A DNA stretch of 51,077 bases from Candidatus Micrarchaeota archaeon (GCA_043809425.1 JAZDDV010000014.1:1-51077), one strand, 5' to 3'; counted from the stretch's first letter, positions 1 through 9,267 are shown. The notes: a model not told the origin generated them from the letters alone. Program-made: numbers and translations.

Positions 1-432
1 TTTAATCTTAATCTTGGCTGCTCCTCTCCTTCATTTTTACGGCAGGGCATTGGCGCAGCCATGGTAAAGCGCGTATCCCGCGTAAAAGAGGTTGTCAAGC
101 TTATCAATGACGCTGGCTTTTCTTGCTCTTTGAAACTTCGCCTTGGAGTGAATGCCTACGAGAAGGAGAAAGGGGCTTACCTTAATCTGATTAATGCTGT
201 GGACGCGAGCTTCTTTGTAGTCCATGCAAGAACTGCTGAAGAGACTCTTGACGACCCGGCAGATTTTTCTGTTTATGCAAAGTGCGTGGCAACAGGCAAG
301 AAGATTGTTGCAAACGGAGATATTAAAACGAAAAAACAGATTGCAGAGCTGAAAGAATTAGGCCTTTACGGAGCGATGATCGGGCGCGCTGCAGTTGCCA
401 ATCCGAAAATATTTTCAGAACTCAGAGTATAA
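1..432 (+). CDS. tRNA-dihydrouridine synthase family protein (5'-truncated by window edge)
   Basis: Frame is open from position 1 (FNLNLGCSS...). Dus motifs NLGC, VHART, ANGDI and MIGRAA are present. Confidence 0.85.
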   Translation, partial: FNLNLGCSSPSFLRQGIGAAMVKRVSRVKEVVKLINDAGFSCSLKLRLGVNAYEKEKGAYLNLINAVDASFFVVHARTAEETLDDPADFSVYAKCVATGKKIVANGDIKTKKQIAELKELGLYGAMIGRAAVANPKIFSELRV

Positions 433-464
433 CCAAGATATTTAATAACAGTTTGAACAAAATA
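429..464 (+). repeat. 36-bp direct repeat copy 1 (promoter-like, ATAACCAAGATATTTAATAACAGTTTGAACAAAATA)
   Basis: Identical to 3528-3563. Contains TATA-like TTTAATA and ends 5 nt before the ATG at 470. Confidence 0.9.
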
Positions 465-469
465 GGTTT

Positions 470-1960
470 ATGGAGCACGGCACTTTTCTTGAAGAGAAAG
501 AAAAGATCATTCCTAACAAGCCAAAGGTTATTCCGGCCAAGACAGAGAAAAGAGTAAGCCTTAGGACTGAAACTGTGATTGCCGGGCTGGTAGAACGGCT
601 TGGCAACGACAAAACTGCAAAGAACGCAGAAACCAGGCTGCTGAAGCTAGGCACCAAGGCATTGCCTGCTCTTTTTGAAGCCTCGCTTGACAGTGAGAAT
701 GCCACCAGGTCTGAGAACTCAGCGAAGACCATAATTAAAATTGGCAATGCCGGATTGCCATTTCTTATCTCCCAGCTCAAAGATGAAGACGGCAGGACAA
801 ACGCCGCCTACTTGCTGGGAAGCATAATAGAAAAAAATGAATTTCCGCTTGATAAAGTGAAGGGGGGAACGGAAATACTCAAGAGCCTGAGGGAAAACGC
901 CGTTAGCAAAGACGCCACTGAATCGGTTCTTGCGATATCTGTACTTGGAAAGACAAGATCAGCAGGTGCAACCGAGCTCCTTGTGAGGACTTTGCTGAAT
1001 AAGAATGAGGTAGTAGGCCAGGCTGCTGAGAATGCGCTAGTTGAGCTTGGTGAGCATGCGGTGGATGCGATTGTGGGCGGCCTTTGGGGATCGGATGAGA
1101 AACTCAGCAAAAAATGCGAGAAAATACTTGTAAAAATAGGGTCGCGGGGGATTAAACGCGCCTTTGAAAGAGGTTCTGAAGAGTGTAATAACGCCCTCAC
1201 CAAAATAGGAAATCTTGCAAAGCCGGGCTCCTATAGGGTAGAACTTACTGCCGAATTCAGGACACTGGAGCTATTAAAAACAGCAATAAAGGATTTGCAG
1301 AATAATGCGGAAATTGACAAGAAAGAAATTCAGGACCTGAAGGATTTTGGAAAAAGAATGGACCTGTTGGGTGCAGCATTGGCAAAAATACCAGGATTTG
1401 AAGATTTCTATTTTAAAGAGCTCTTGGCTATTGTCAAGGAACTTAAATATGCCGCTGATCGAAACCTACCTTACGACCAAATGATGAATATTGCACTAAA
1501 GGCGATTGGAAAACGGGCGATGGCGGATGCTATCTTCATACACGCAGGGGAAGAAACCCTTGGAATACTTGAAAAAGAGAATGACAAGATAACTAAACAA
1601 ATACATAACAACACAGAGGACCTGAGACATGATATCGCGGTCATCCAAGAAAAATATGAAAAAAAATTTGCTGCATCCAAAAATCGCGTTGATGAAGCAC
1701 ATACCAGGTACCTTAAGGAAAACAGTAGCGAAAGATTAGTAGAAATTGAAAAAAGATATAAGGAAGAAGCAGCCAGGCATGACGAATACTCTGTTTGGAT
1801 AGGAGAGTACGTCCAAAAAAACCTTAGCCGCCAAAAGGATGAGGTAACGATTTTAGTTACATATCAAACATTGATTAGCAGCTGCATCCAAATTGTTTCA
1901 GACAACCTGGGAAAGAGAAATAGGGAACTGGAGCAAAGCGGTTTTGGCGGCAATGAGTAA
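470..1960 (+). CDS. HEAT/PBS-repeat protein with C-terminal coiled coil
   Basis: Repeated helical motifs (LKLGTKALPAL, IKIGNAGLPFL, VELGEHAVDAI) followed by a charged helical tail; 496 aa. Confidence 0.7.
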   Translation: MEHGTFLEEKEKIIPNKPKVIPAKTEKRVSLRTETVIAGLVERLGNDKTAKNAETRLLKLGTKALPALFEASLDSENATRSENSAKTIIKIGNAGLPFLISQLKDEDGRTNAAYLLGSIIEKNEFPLDKVKGGTEILKSLRENAVSKDATESVLAISVLGKTRSAGATELLVRTLLNKNEVVGQAAENALVELGEHAVDAIVGGLWGSDEKLSKKCEKILVKIGSRGIKRAFERGSEECNNALTKIGNLAKPGSYRVELTAEFRTLELLKTAIKDLQNNAEIDKKEIQDLKDFGKRMDLLGAALAKIPGFEDFYFKELLAIVKELKYAADRNLPYDQMMNIALKAIGKRAMADAIFIHAGEETLGILEKENDKITKQIHNNTEDLRHDIAVIQEKYEKKFAASKNRVDEAHTRYLKENSSERLVEIEKRYKEEAARHDEYSVWIGEYVQKNLSRQKDEVTILVTYQTLISSCIQIVSDNLGKRNRELEQSGFGGNE

Positions 1961-1968
1961 TAGGGCCT

Positions 1969-2133
1969 TCAAAAAGCTAAAGCTCCAGCGTTCCGCCGCT
2001 CTGATAATTTCTTATTGCTGCTATCTAGAGAAGCCTCGAAAAGATCTGGCAGTGCTTTTACCCCCATCTTGGCTAGTTTCATCTGCTTCAACAGCATTAC
2101 TTTTTGAGGTTCTACCAATTCAGCCAGGGTCAT
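1969..2133 (-). pseudogene. 54-codon remnant paralogous to the N-terminal HEAT repeat of 470..1960
   Basis: Manual translation MTLAELVEPQKVMLLKQMKLAKMGVKALPDLFEASLDSSNKKLSE... aligns with AGLVE...LKLGTKALPALFEASLDSENATRSE of the neighbouring gene. Confidence 0.65.
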
Positions 2134-2330
2134 GAGTTACTTAGAGTGGAAAAGCTAAAAAGGATATTGCACGTCTGCTTTCGCCGGTTTGTTTATTTCC
2201 AACTCAGAAAGCAAACAATTAATAATCTGGCGTGTATAATTTAGTTATAAAATAAGAAAAACTCTGGTTTTTTTATCCTCCAGTCAAGAAGATAAGCAAA
2301 ATCGATTTTTCAAATACAGGTGAAAATTGA

Positions 2331-3512
2331 ATGAAATTTAATGAGATGAGCATAAGTGCTAGGACCCTGGCCGCGCTGACAGAGATAGGATATTTGGAAG
2401 CAACAGAGGTCCAGGCAAAGACCATACCGCTGATTCTCCAGGGCGATGACGTCATAGTCCGGAGCCAGACAGGGACGGGCAAAACTGCAGCATTCGGAAT
2501 CGGCTTCCTGGAAATAATTATGAAAGACAGGACCAGGAAAGGGCTGGTTCTTGCACCCACCAGAGAACTGGCAGTCCAGATAACAAGGGAGATCCGTTCA
2601 ATAGCTAAGAACACCAACCTGCACGTATTCGCAATCTACGGCGGGCAGGGTATGGGAGGCCAGATAGCCCTCCTTAGGAAAGGCTTTGATATTATTGTAG
2701 CAACACCCGGCCGCCTTCTGGACCACGTCCATCAGGGCACCCTGCGCCTCGAGCATATAAATTGCGTAGTCCTCGATGAGGCAGACCGCATGCTGGATAT
2801 CGGATTCAAGCCTGATATTGACAGGATAATGCGGATGGTGGATAGGGATAGCCAGGTCGTCCTCTCTTCCGCAACCATAGACTCGGCCATAAAGCAGATG
2901 GCGAAAAATTACATGGAATCTCCGAAGATTATAGAAGTAGGTCCAGTTGGCCAGGTTCAAAAGATAGAGGAAGAATTCATTACCCTCAACAGGGCTGAGA
3001 AGATGCAACACCTGAAGGAAATCCTTAGGCGTGAACCGAATTCCAGGACACTAATTTTCGTTGCCTCGAAAAGGGGCGTCGAATATGTCTGCGACAAGCT
3101 CAATGACAATCAGATAGAAGCAGGATACCTGCATGGTGGCAAAACGCAAGGTCAAAGAGAACGTGTGCTGCGCGATTTCCAGGAAGGTAGAATCATGGTG
3201 CTGGTAGCCACTGATATCGCAGCCCGTGGAATCCATGTGGAAGATATTTCCCACGTCATAAGCTACGACCGTGCTGATACGAAGGATACGCACACGCACC
3301 GCATAGGCAGGACCGGGAGGATGGGCAAGGCGGGAAAAGCGATAACATTCGTAGAAACCGACCCGATTGCGCGTGGAAGAGGCGGCGGAGGCGGACGAAA
3401 TCAAAGGGGAGGCCAGCGCAGCGGGCCACGCGGGAACTACGGCCGCGGCAAACCACAGCCTCAGCAGGGGCGCGGGCACTACAGCCGCCGGCCCACAAGG
3501 CGCAGGCATTGA
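2331..3512 (+). CDS. DEAD-box RNA helicase
   Basis: Motifs SQTGTGKT, PTRELA, TPGRL, DEAD, SAT, ARGI and HRIGRTGR; RGG-rich tail; upstream GGTGA RBS. Confidence 0.96.
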   Translation: MKFNEMSISARTLAALTEIGYLEATEVQAKTIPLILQGDDVIVRSQTGTGKTAAFGIGFLEIIMKDRTRKGLVLAPTRELAVQITREIRSIAKNTNLHVFAIYGGQGMGGQIALLRKGFDIIVATPGRLLDHVHQGTLRLEHINCVVLDEADRMLDIGFKPDIDRIMRMVDRDSQVVLSSATIDSAIKQMAKNYMESPKIIEVGPVGQVQKIEEEFITLNRAEKMQHLKEILRREPNSRTLIFVASKRGVEYVCDKLNDNQIEAGYLHGGKTQGQRERVLRDFQEGRIMVLVATDIAARGIHVEDISHVISYDRADTKDTHTHRIGRTGRMGKAGKAITFVETDPIARGRGGGGGRNQRGGQRSGPRGNYGRGKPQPQQGRGHYSRRPTRRRH

Positions 3513-3527
3513 AAAGATGGAAAACCC

Positions 3528-3563
3528 ATAACCAAGATATTTAATAACAGTTTGAACAAAATA
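3528..3563 (+). repeat. 36-bp direct repeat copy 2 (promoter-like)
   Basis: Identical to 429-464; ends 5 nt before the ATG at 3569. Confidence 0.9.
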
Positions 3564-3568
3564 AATAC

Positions 3569-4381
3569 ATGCCTCCAGAATTAAAGGTTCCAAACAGGGA
3601 AGAAATCGTTCAAGAACGGCAAAGGCGAACCGAAATAGTCCAGATACTGATAAAAGACGTGATGGATCTGAAAACTGAGATCCTAATGGTAATGGACCGG
3701 CTTAGTGGAAAATTAAAAGAAGACGATGACCCCAAAATAAGAAAGATGTTCAGAGGTGTGACTGACCTGCATGCTTCGCTAAATTCGCTTACCAACAAAC
3801 TCATCATTAATGAGAAAGATGCAGCTGCCAAATACAGCTTAACTTCAAATGACAGCCTGGAGGACTTTGACGGCAGGATGAACAAATATATTGACACAAT
3901 CAGCCAGGCCCGCAGGGAGCTTAAAAAGCTAACAGAAACCACGGATAGTGCCCTTGGCGTGGTGCCTGTCAAGACCAGGGAAACGCGCAGCCCTCAGGAA
4001 ATCTATGACCAGACTCTGGACAGGACCAGGAAACTGGCAAATAAGGCCGGAACCGTATTGGATAAAATCAATGAACTCATAGTTGACATTGAGAAGAAGC
4101 TGGCTACTGCCAAAAAGAAAAAGGATAGTGGGGAAGTGGAAAATCTGGAAGGTGAGATTGCCAACTACAGAAAAGCCAGGGATTTCCTTGATAAGAATAC
4201 TACTGCCATCATGCGCTTTGCATTCGGCGAGGCGGAAGATGGTAGAGGATTGCTTGACGTTATAACGAAACGGCTGCGTAATAGGGATGCGGCAATGCTA
4301 GTAATCGCAAATGAACAGAACAAAAAGCTTGACAATTTTGAGGCTATCCTGAAGGGCGTTGCCAAGAATTATATGAACTAA
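3569..4381 (+). CDS. hypothetical coiled-coil protein
   Basis: 270-aa highly charged helical ORF; no motif recognised. Confidence 0.7.
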   Translation: MPPELKVPNREEIVQERQRRTEIVQILIKDVMDLKTEILMVMDRLSGKLKEDDDPKIRKMFRGVTDLHASLNSLTNKLIINEKDAAAKYSLTSNDSLEDFDGRMNKYIDTISQARRELKKLTETTDSALGVVPVKTRETRSPQEIYDQTLDRTRKLANKAGTVLDKINELIVDIEKKLATAKKKKDSGEVENLEGEIANYRKARDFLDKNTTAIMRFAFGEAEDGRGLLDVITKRLRNRDAAMLVIANEQNKKLDNFEAILKGVAKNYMN

Positions 4382-4445
4382 CGCTCGGGCTTTTTTAACT
4401 AGGTGAAAGTATACTTTCATTAAAGGGATAAGCAAAGAATAGTTC

Positions 4446-5126
4446 TCAGGATGCAAGAGAAAGCAGCAGCTTCTTGTGTTTCTGGAAAACGGCTTCATCC
4501 AGATAGCCATAAACCCCCTGCAGGTTGTCCTTGAACCTGGCAGACGAAACTTCAGCCTCTATTTTCCTGAAAGCAGCTGCAAAGTCCGTATGTTTGGCTA
4601 TTTCCTGCTTCATCCAGGCAAAATCTTCAACCTTGCCTGCCATCATGAATACGTCTCTGATGTCTGTTTTTCTTGCGCAGACGAACTTCATCACAAAAAG
4701 GGCGTCTGCGTTTATCACGCGCAGGCCAAGCCTTTCTGTTATCGTCTTGCCTGTAAAATTCATTTTCCTGGAATTCCTGAAAATCCAGTCAGCTGTGAAA
4801 GTGGCGCCGGATTGCCGGTCGTAAACACCATCGATCAGCAGATCAACGCTTGTTTCAATATCTTTTTCCAGGATCTTTACATATCTTTTGAACTTTCCGC
4901 CGTAGGGAAGGCCTACTGCATACTTTGCCTCCGAATAGCCGGCTTTCTGCAATGCAGCGCTTATGCTTGTTACTTTATTCGCATAGGCAACAATATCGCA
5001 GTCAACTGAAAACCCGGGCAGGGCATAGGCATTGACGGCGTAGCCGCCTATGAGCACAAAGTCTACTCCGTGCAGCATTTTCAGGGTTTCAAAAATCTCC
5101 TTCTCACGCAGCTGAAGTCTTTCCAT
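4446..5126 (-). CDS. nucleotidyltransferase (AbiEii-like / DNA pol-beta superfamily), putative type IV TA toxin
   Basis: LIGGYAV...SVDCD motif and C-terminal K...R.TD.RD motif; overlaps the upstream regulator gene. Confidence 0.75.
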   Translation of the reverse strand: MERLQLREKEIFETLKMLHGVDFVLIGGYAVNAYALPGFSVDCDIVAYANKVTSISAALQKAGYSEAKYAVGLPYGGKFKRYVKILEKDIETSVDLLIDGVYDRQSGATFTADWIFRNSRKMNFTGKTITERLGLRVINADALFVMKFVCARKTDIRDVFMMAGKVEDFAWMKQEIAKHTDFAAAFRKIEAEVSSARFKDNLQGVYGYLDEAVFQKHKKLLLSLAS

Positions 5127-5709
5127 ACTTATCCCTCATGTAATTGTAGGCATAGCGGTACAAGTCATTCTGCCTGGCTTCGGCCATGGCATCTGCCAAA
5201 TGCTCCACCCGCAACCCATCTTTTTCCTCTGAGCGGATACGTGCAGCGGGCAACAAAATCACGAATTCGCCTATGTTCGTTCCCTTTCCCACATAGACGG
5301 GAACTGAACTTGCCGAGAAAAATGCTTTCCAGCTGCGCAAGTCCTTTTTCAAAACCCTTATGAAATAGGGCGAGCGTTTCATGTCCCTTTGCACGTAAGA
5401 GTAATCGCTCCATATCTCTATGGCTGACAAGCCGGTGAAGCAATACGGCATTTTGGCCTTCTTCATCATCTCCGGCACCCGAAATTCCAACAAATGGGAG
5501 AATATCTCGTCAGGTTCATTGCACAAATACTCTGCCTTTGATTTTTTCCTTATCCAGTTTGCCCTTAACAAAATGGAGAATATCTTCTTTTTCATAGATT
5601 GGGAAACCACCCAGTCCAATTCCGACTGGGTAAAGGGCCGGTTAGTGCTATACTTGGCGAAGAACAAGGCGAATGCCCTCATGCACTGCTGCGGAATCTC
5701 CAAATACAT
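5104..5709 (-). CDS. putative AbiEi-like antitoxin / transcriptional regulator
   Basis: N-terminal wHTH-like segment and YCFTGLSAIEIW motif; paired with the NTase; palindrome at its start. Confidence 0.55.
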   Translation of the reverse strand: MYLEIPQQCMRAFALFFAKYSTNRPFTQSELDWVVSQSMKKKIFSILLRANWIRKKSKAEYLCNEPDEIFSHLLEFRVPEMMKKAKMPYCFTGLSAIEIWSDYSYVQRDMKRSPYFIRVLKKDLRSWKAFFSASSVPVYVGKGTNIGEFVILLPAARIRSEEKDGLRVEHLADAMAEARQNDLYRYAYNYMRDKYGKTSAA

Positions 5710-5729
5710 AGTTACCTATTAGGTAACTA
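5709..5729. promoter_or_regulatory. palindromic operator TAGTTACCT-att-AGGTAACTA
   Basis: Perfect 9-bp inverted repeat between TATA-like TTTTAAAA (5733-5740) and the start codon at 5709. Confidence 0.7.
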
Positions 5730-5784
5730 ACATTTTAAAAGCTTTTGCCTTTAGCTAGAGATTGTTGAGAACAATTACGCGAAC

Positions 5785-6828
5785 CTATTTTTTATGGCAC
5801 AGGCAATCAGTGCCAAGATAATATCCTTCACGACAAGTGTAGCATTGGTTATTGCAACTATCAGAGCCTTCTGGGCAAGGTGCGCAGGTATAATCCGTTA
5901 CATTAACTGTTCCCGAAGGACAGGTAGAGTAACATTTATCGTTGAAAGTGTATTGCATGGGCGGCTGCTGGTGTGCGCAATCCAAACAGCTTGTAACAAA
6001 ATAAACTGACCGGTTTCCGCTGCATTCCGGTAGCGTGTTGCCAGGATAAGACGCACCGGCCGGATCAAAGATTACCCACGTGCTATTATCAGCCGTAAAG
6101 TGGCTTACGCGAACATCTGGGCCGTAATGCTCTTTGACTGCAGCTTTGAATGAGCTCATATCCATTCCTGCCTGGCCAAGATATACTATTGCATAGCCAT
6201 GTTCGCAATAGGGATCTACTACAACCTGGCTGGTTCCGCCTATTGCTTTCACCATTGATGCGATTAGCACTGCCTGACTCTTGCAGTCTCCAACTTTTGT
6301 TTTAAGAGTTCCTGAAGGATGATAGGGAATTCCTTTTAGGTGAACACGCTGGTAAGTGATATTGTTTTTTACCCAGTCATAGATGTCAAAAAGCTGGTTA
6401 ATGCTGTAGGAACCTGAATGGTTTTTGATTGCGTCGGCAGCAGCTTCGCTGACGCTCAGGTCATAGGCGTCTATTTTATCGCAATAGCCGCGGTAGTAGG
6501 CACTGTTATTTTTCTCAACTGTGAAATCATAGGTCCGGTCTACCGTACATGTATTATTTGCGCAGACATAGCCTTCGTCACATCTTGGGTTATAATATTG
6601 GCAGCCTTCTTTCAATAGGCAGGTGTTATTGATGCAATTGAACATGGAAGGCGGGCAGGATGGACGGCCGTAATCGCAGCCCATTTTCAGAACGCAGGTA
6701 TTGCCGATGCAATCCTCGTTGCTTGCGCAAGGCGAATTATTGTAATAGCAGCCTTTCTGCACCGGCGGCGAAGGAATGATGCAACCGAAGACAAACAGAG
6801 CCAAAAACAGCAATACGTAAATCCGCAT
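5785..6828 (-). CDS. secreted/lipoprotein transglutaminase-like protein with Cys-rich repeats
   Basis: Signal peptide ending FVFGC; three GC..N/P.C....C.NNTC repeats; core GDC...H(GY)...FDP triad; C-terminal CxxC-rich tail. Confidence 0.75.
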   Translation of the reverse strand: MRIYVLLFLALFVFGCIIPSPPVQKGCYYNNSPCASNEDCIGNTCVLKMGCDYGRPSCPPSMFNCINNTCLLKEGCQYYNPRCDEGYVCANNTCTVDRTYDFTVEKNNSAYYRGYCDKIDAYDLSVSEAAADAIKNHSGSYSINQLFDIYDWVKNNITYQRVHLKGIPYHPSGTLKTKVGDCKSQAVLIASMVKAIGGTSQVVVDPYCEHGYAIVYLGQAGMDMSSFKAAVKEHYGPDVRVSHFTADNSTWVIFDPAGASYPGNTLPECSGNRSVYFVTSCLDCAHQQPPMQYTFNDKCYSTCPSGTVNVTDYTCAPCPEGSDSCNNQCYTCREGYYLGTDCLCHKK

Positions 6829-6887
6829 GGAAATGATTCTTTATCAAAGATTATAATTGCTTTCAATTGTTCTTCCGAATTATTTTT

Positions 6888-7535
6888 TCACCGTGGAGCG
6901 AAAATCATTGCAGGATTTGATCTTGTATCAAAGGAGAACGTATCCAAAATTCGGTCTATCTCATCCGCGGATAAAACAGGTTTTGATCTTTTACCCAATT
7001 GAAGAACGCGCAAAATCGAACGTTCTGCTGCAATGCGTAAAACAGCTTCTTCGCCTTCAGATAATTTCTCTTCCATTAGACTCTCGTAGGGAACATAACT
7101 GAGTTGATTTTTGGCCTGAAAAACAACCATGTGCAATTCCTTAGATCGCATATTTATTGGGACTACAATACCTATACAGCCAATGTTGCAAATGGCTTTT
7201 ACATCATCTGAGCTTGGGATTTCGAAGGCCGCTTCAATTAAATTTGGATGAGTATGAAAGCTGAGAATTGAAAGAAGATAGTCACCAGTAGAATAAGAAT
7301 CACGTACATTGAAATTGGACTCGGACGTGTCAGGGGAGGCGCCGCCGCCCATCGCGGTGTTTTTGATTGTGATGCGATTGTTTTCAAAGAATAGTCTTAC
7401 CTCAAATTCATGTTCGCATCCGTTATTGAGGGTCCTTTTAACCATGCTTTCGAATGCTTTTTGAAAAGTCCTTGAATTAAGGTGCGTCCTTAATTTTTGT
7501 TTTAAGTCGCAGACTGGAATAATACTTTGCTTCAT
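6888..7535 (-). CDS. hypothetical protein with JAB/MPN-like metal-binding motif
   Basis: E...FHTHP-x-PSSDD pattern matches the JAMM consensus E-HxH-SxxD; AT-rich. Confidence 0.55.
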   Translation of the reverse strand: MKQSIIPVCDLKQKLRTHLNSRTFQKAFESMVKRTLNNGCEHEFEVRLFFENNRITIKNTAMGGGASPDTSESNFNVRDSYSTGDYLLSILSFHTHPNLIEAAFEIPSSDDVKAICNIGCIGIVVPINMRSKELHMVVFQAKNQLSYVPYESLMEEKLSEGEEAVLRIAAERSILRVLQLGKRSKPVLSADEIDRILDTFSFDTRSNPAMIFAPR

Positions 7536-7661
7536 GATTTTATATTGAATATAACAGTTTAAAATATGTACGCTTCGCCGGTTGCATTAATAGCTCGTTC
7601 TCGTTTATCGAATTGTTACCTCCGTGTGATAATACTGCACAACTGATAGATTTTTATATGT

Positions 7662-7685
7662 TTTGTTATCATAATTGATAACAAA
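7662..7685. promoter_or_regulatory. palindromic operator TTTGTTATCA-taat-TGATAACAAA
   Basis: Perfect 10-bp inverted repeat between TATA-like TTTTATA (~7652) and the GTG start at 7686. Confidence 0.75.
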
Positions 7686-8258
7686 GTGAGCAAAATGGAT
7701 GCGATATTAGCTTCGTTAAGAAAATCTGACCGCGCTGCCTTTAGGACAAGGGAGTATGCCGGCCTCCTGGGAAAGCGCAGCTATGCCCGCCTAGTCCTGC
7801 ACCGGTTAAAGAAGAAAGGAGAGATAATGCGCGTACGAAACGGCTGGTGGGCGTTCAGCGATTCAATTCCGGAAGCCATAGCATGCGAAATATCAGCTCC
7901 TGCTTACGTATCATTCCATTCTGCGCTCTTTCTTCATGGCCTTACGACTCAGACTCCTAGAAATGTCCAGCTTGCAGTCACAAGAAATGCAAGAAAATAT
8001 AGGATTTCAGGGATTGAAGTCAGGGAATACAAAATAGGGAAAATGCAATTCGGGGATTTCTACCGCAAGGATTCAGTACTGCTTGCCAATCCTGAGAAGG
8101 CATTTGCCGACTGCCTGGAACTGCCCAGGTCCTGTCCGGACATCATCCTTCAGGAAGCTGCAGGAAGCGTTAATCTCGGAAAGGTGAAAACTTTTCTTGT
8201 TTCAAAAGCAGCCCTGAAGAGGCTGCAAAAGGTGATGGCGTATGTTAAACAGAAATGA
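7686..8258 (+). CDS. AbiEi-family antitoxin / transcriptional regulator
   Basis: wHTH N-terminus (LHRLKKKGEIMRVRNGW), PAYVSFHSALFLHGL and ANPEKAFADCL motifs. Confidence 0.85.
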   Translation: MSKMDAILASLRKSDRAAFRTREYAGLLGKRSYARLVLHRLKKKGEIMRVRNGWWAFSDSIPEAIACEISAPAYVSFHSALFLHGLTTQTPRNVQLAVTRNARKYRISGIEVREYKIGKMQFGDFYRKDSVLLANPEKAFADCLELPRSCPDIILQEAAGSVNLGKVKTFLVSKAALKRLQKVMAYVKQK

Positions 8259-8997
8259 GCTGGTGCGCTACGGCCCACCCGGGTTCCATGATGCACAAAA
8301 GGAAAAGGACTATGCGCAGCACTGGATGCTTTCTTTCCTGTCCCGTGCAGGCTTTGGTGCAGTATTCAAGGGCGGGACAGCACTTCAGAAAGTATACGGG
8401 CTGCCGAGGTATTCAGAAGACCTGGATTTTACGCTTAACGACGCAACTGAGCCGGACTATGAGGCCCTGGCAGCTTTCCTTGATTCAGGCGGTTTTTCCG
8501 GGCTAAACTGGAAAAAGGAAACTGATGAACGTGCTGTAAAAGCCAGGCTGCGTTTCCGCGGCCCTCTTTACAACGGCTCGGCCATAAGTGAGGGCGTGAT
8601 CAGACTGAAAATGAGCAGACGGGAGAAAACCATCCTTGAGCCGGCAGTGGCGATGATAACGCCGCCTTACCCGGACCTGCTGCCCTACCAATTCAGGGTC
8701 ATGGACAAAAATGAGATGGCTACAGAGAAAGTAAGAGCAATCATGACAAGGACTTCGGCAAGGGATTTGTTTGATCTTTATTTCCTCTTCCATCAGAAAG
8801 CCGGGTTGAAGATGGATGTGGTCACTGCAAAACTTGGGTACTACGGCCTTTCCTTCGATTACAGGACATTTGAGAAAAAGGTTGAAGAGCTGAAGGCCGT
8901 GTGGAAAAAGGAGATGACGGCCCTTACGTCCAATCCGGTTGAATACGAAACGGCAGCTAAAGCAGCCCTGGCAGCAGTTAAGAAAGACCTTTCGTGA
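8242..8997 (+). CDS. AbiEii/AbiGii-family nucleotidyltransferase toxin
   Basis: EKDY, FKGGTAL, RYSEDLDF, EKVRA and RDLFDL motifs. Confidence 0.9.
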   Translation: MLNRNELVRYGPPGFHDAQKEKDYAQHWMLSFLSRAGFGAVFKGGTALQKVYGLPRYSEDLDFTLNDATEPDYEALAAFLDSGGFSGLNWKKETDERAVKARLRFRGPLYNGSAISEGVIRLKMSRREKTILEPAVAMITPPYPDLLPYQFRVMDKNEMATEKVRAIMTRTSARDLFDLYFLFHQKAGLKMDVVTAKLGYYGLSFDYRTFEKKVEELKAVWKKEMTALTSNPVEYETAAKAALAAVKKDLS

Positions 8998-9194
8998 ATT
9001 TATTCAGGAGTGAGCCAGGTTGCGCACCTGCTTTCGTTGAATGCCGCTCAACGAATTAAAGCAATAAACCTTACTAAAGTTAAACTCTAGTTTAGGATTA
9101 GTAAGGATTCGACGGAGTGTCTTTTCGCCTCTAACTTTCCGCGTTTCTTGATAATCCGAACGTTTTGTGGGATATATAGAAAGCATCCCTTGTA

Positions 9195-9225
9195 CAACTA
9201 CTAATTTGACATTCATTAGTAGTTG
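9195..9225. promoter_or_regulatory. palindrome CAACTACTAAT-9nt-ATTAGTAGTTG, related to the two elements upstream of fic
   Basis: Perfect 11-bp inverted repeat; 9181-9221 is near-identical to 10812-10852. Confidence 0.7.
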
Positions 9226-9267
9226 CCAAAAGAGAATAGCTGATGCTAATCTTTAATTTAAAAAAAC

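Noticed and set aside
2170-7590. Similar GCTT(T)CGCCGGTT(T)G motifs at ~2177 and ~7572 as cassette recombination sites
   Set aside because: Too short and only two copies; no supporting structure.
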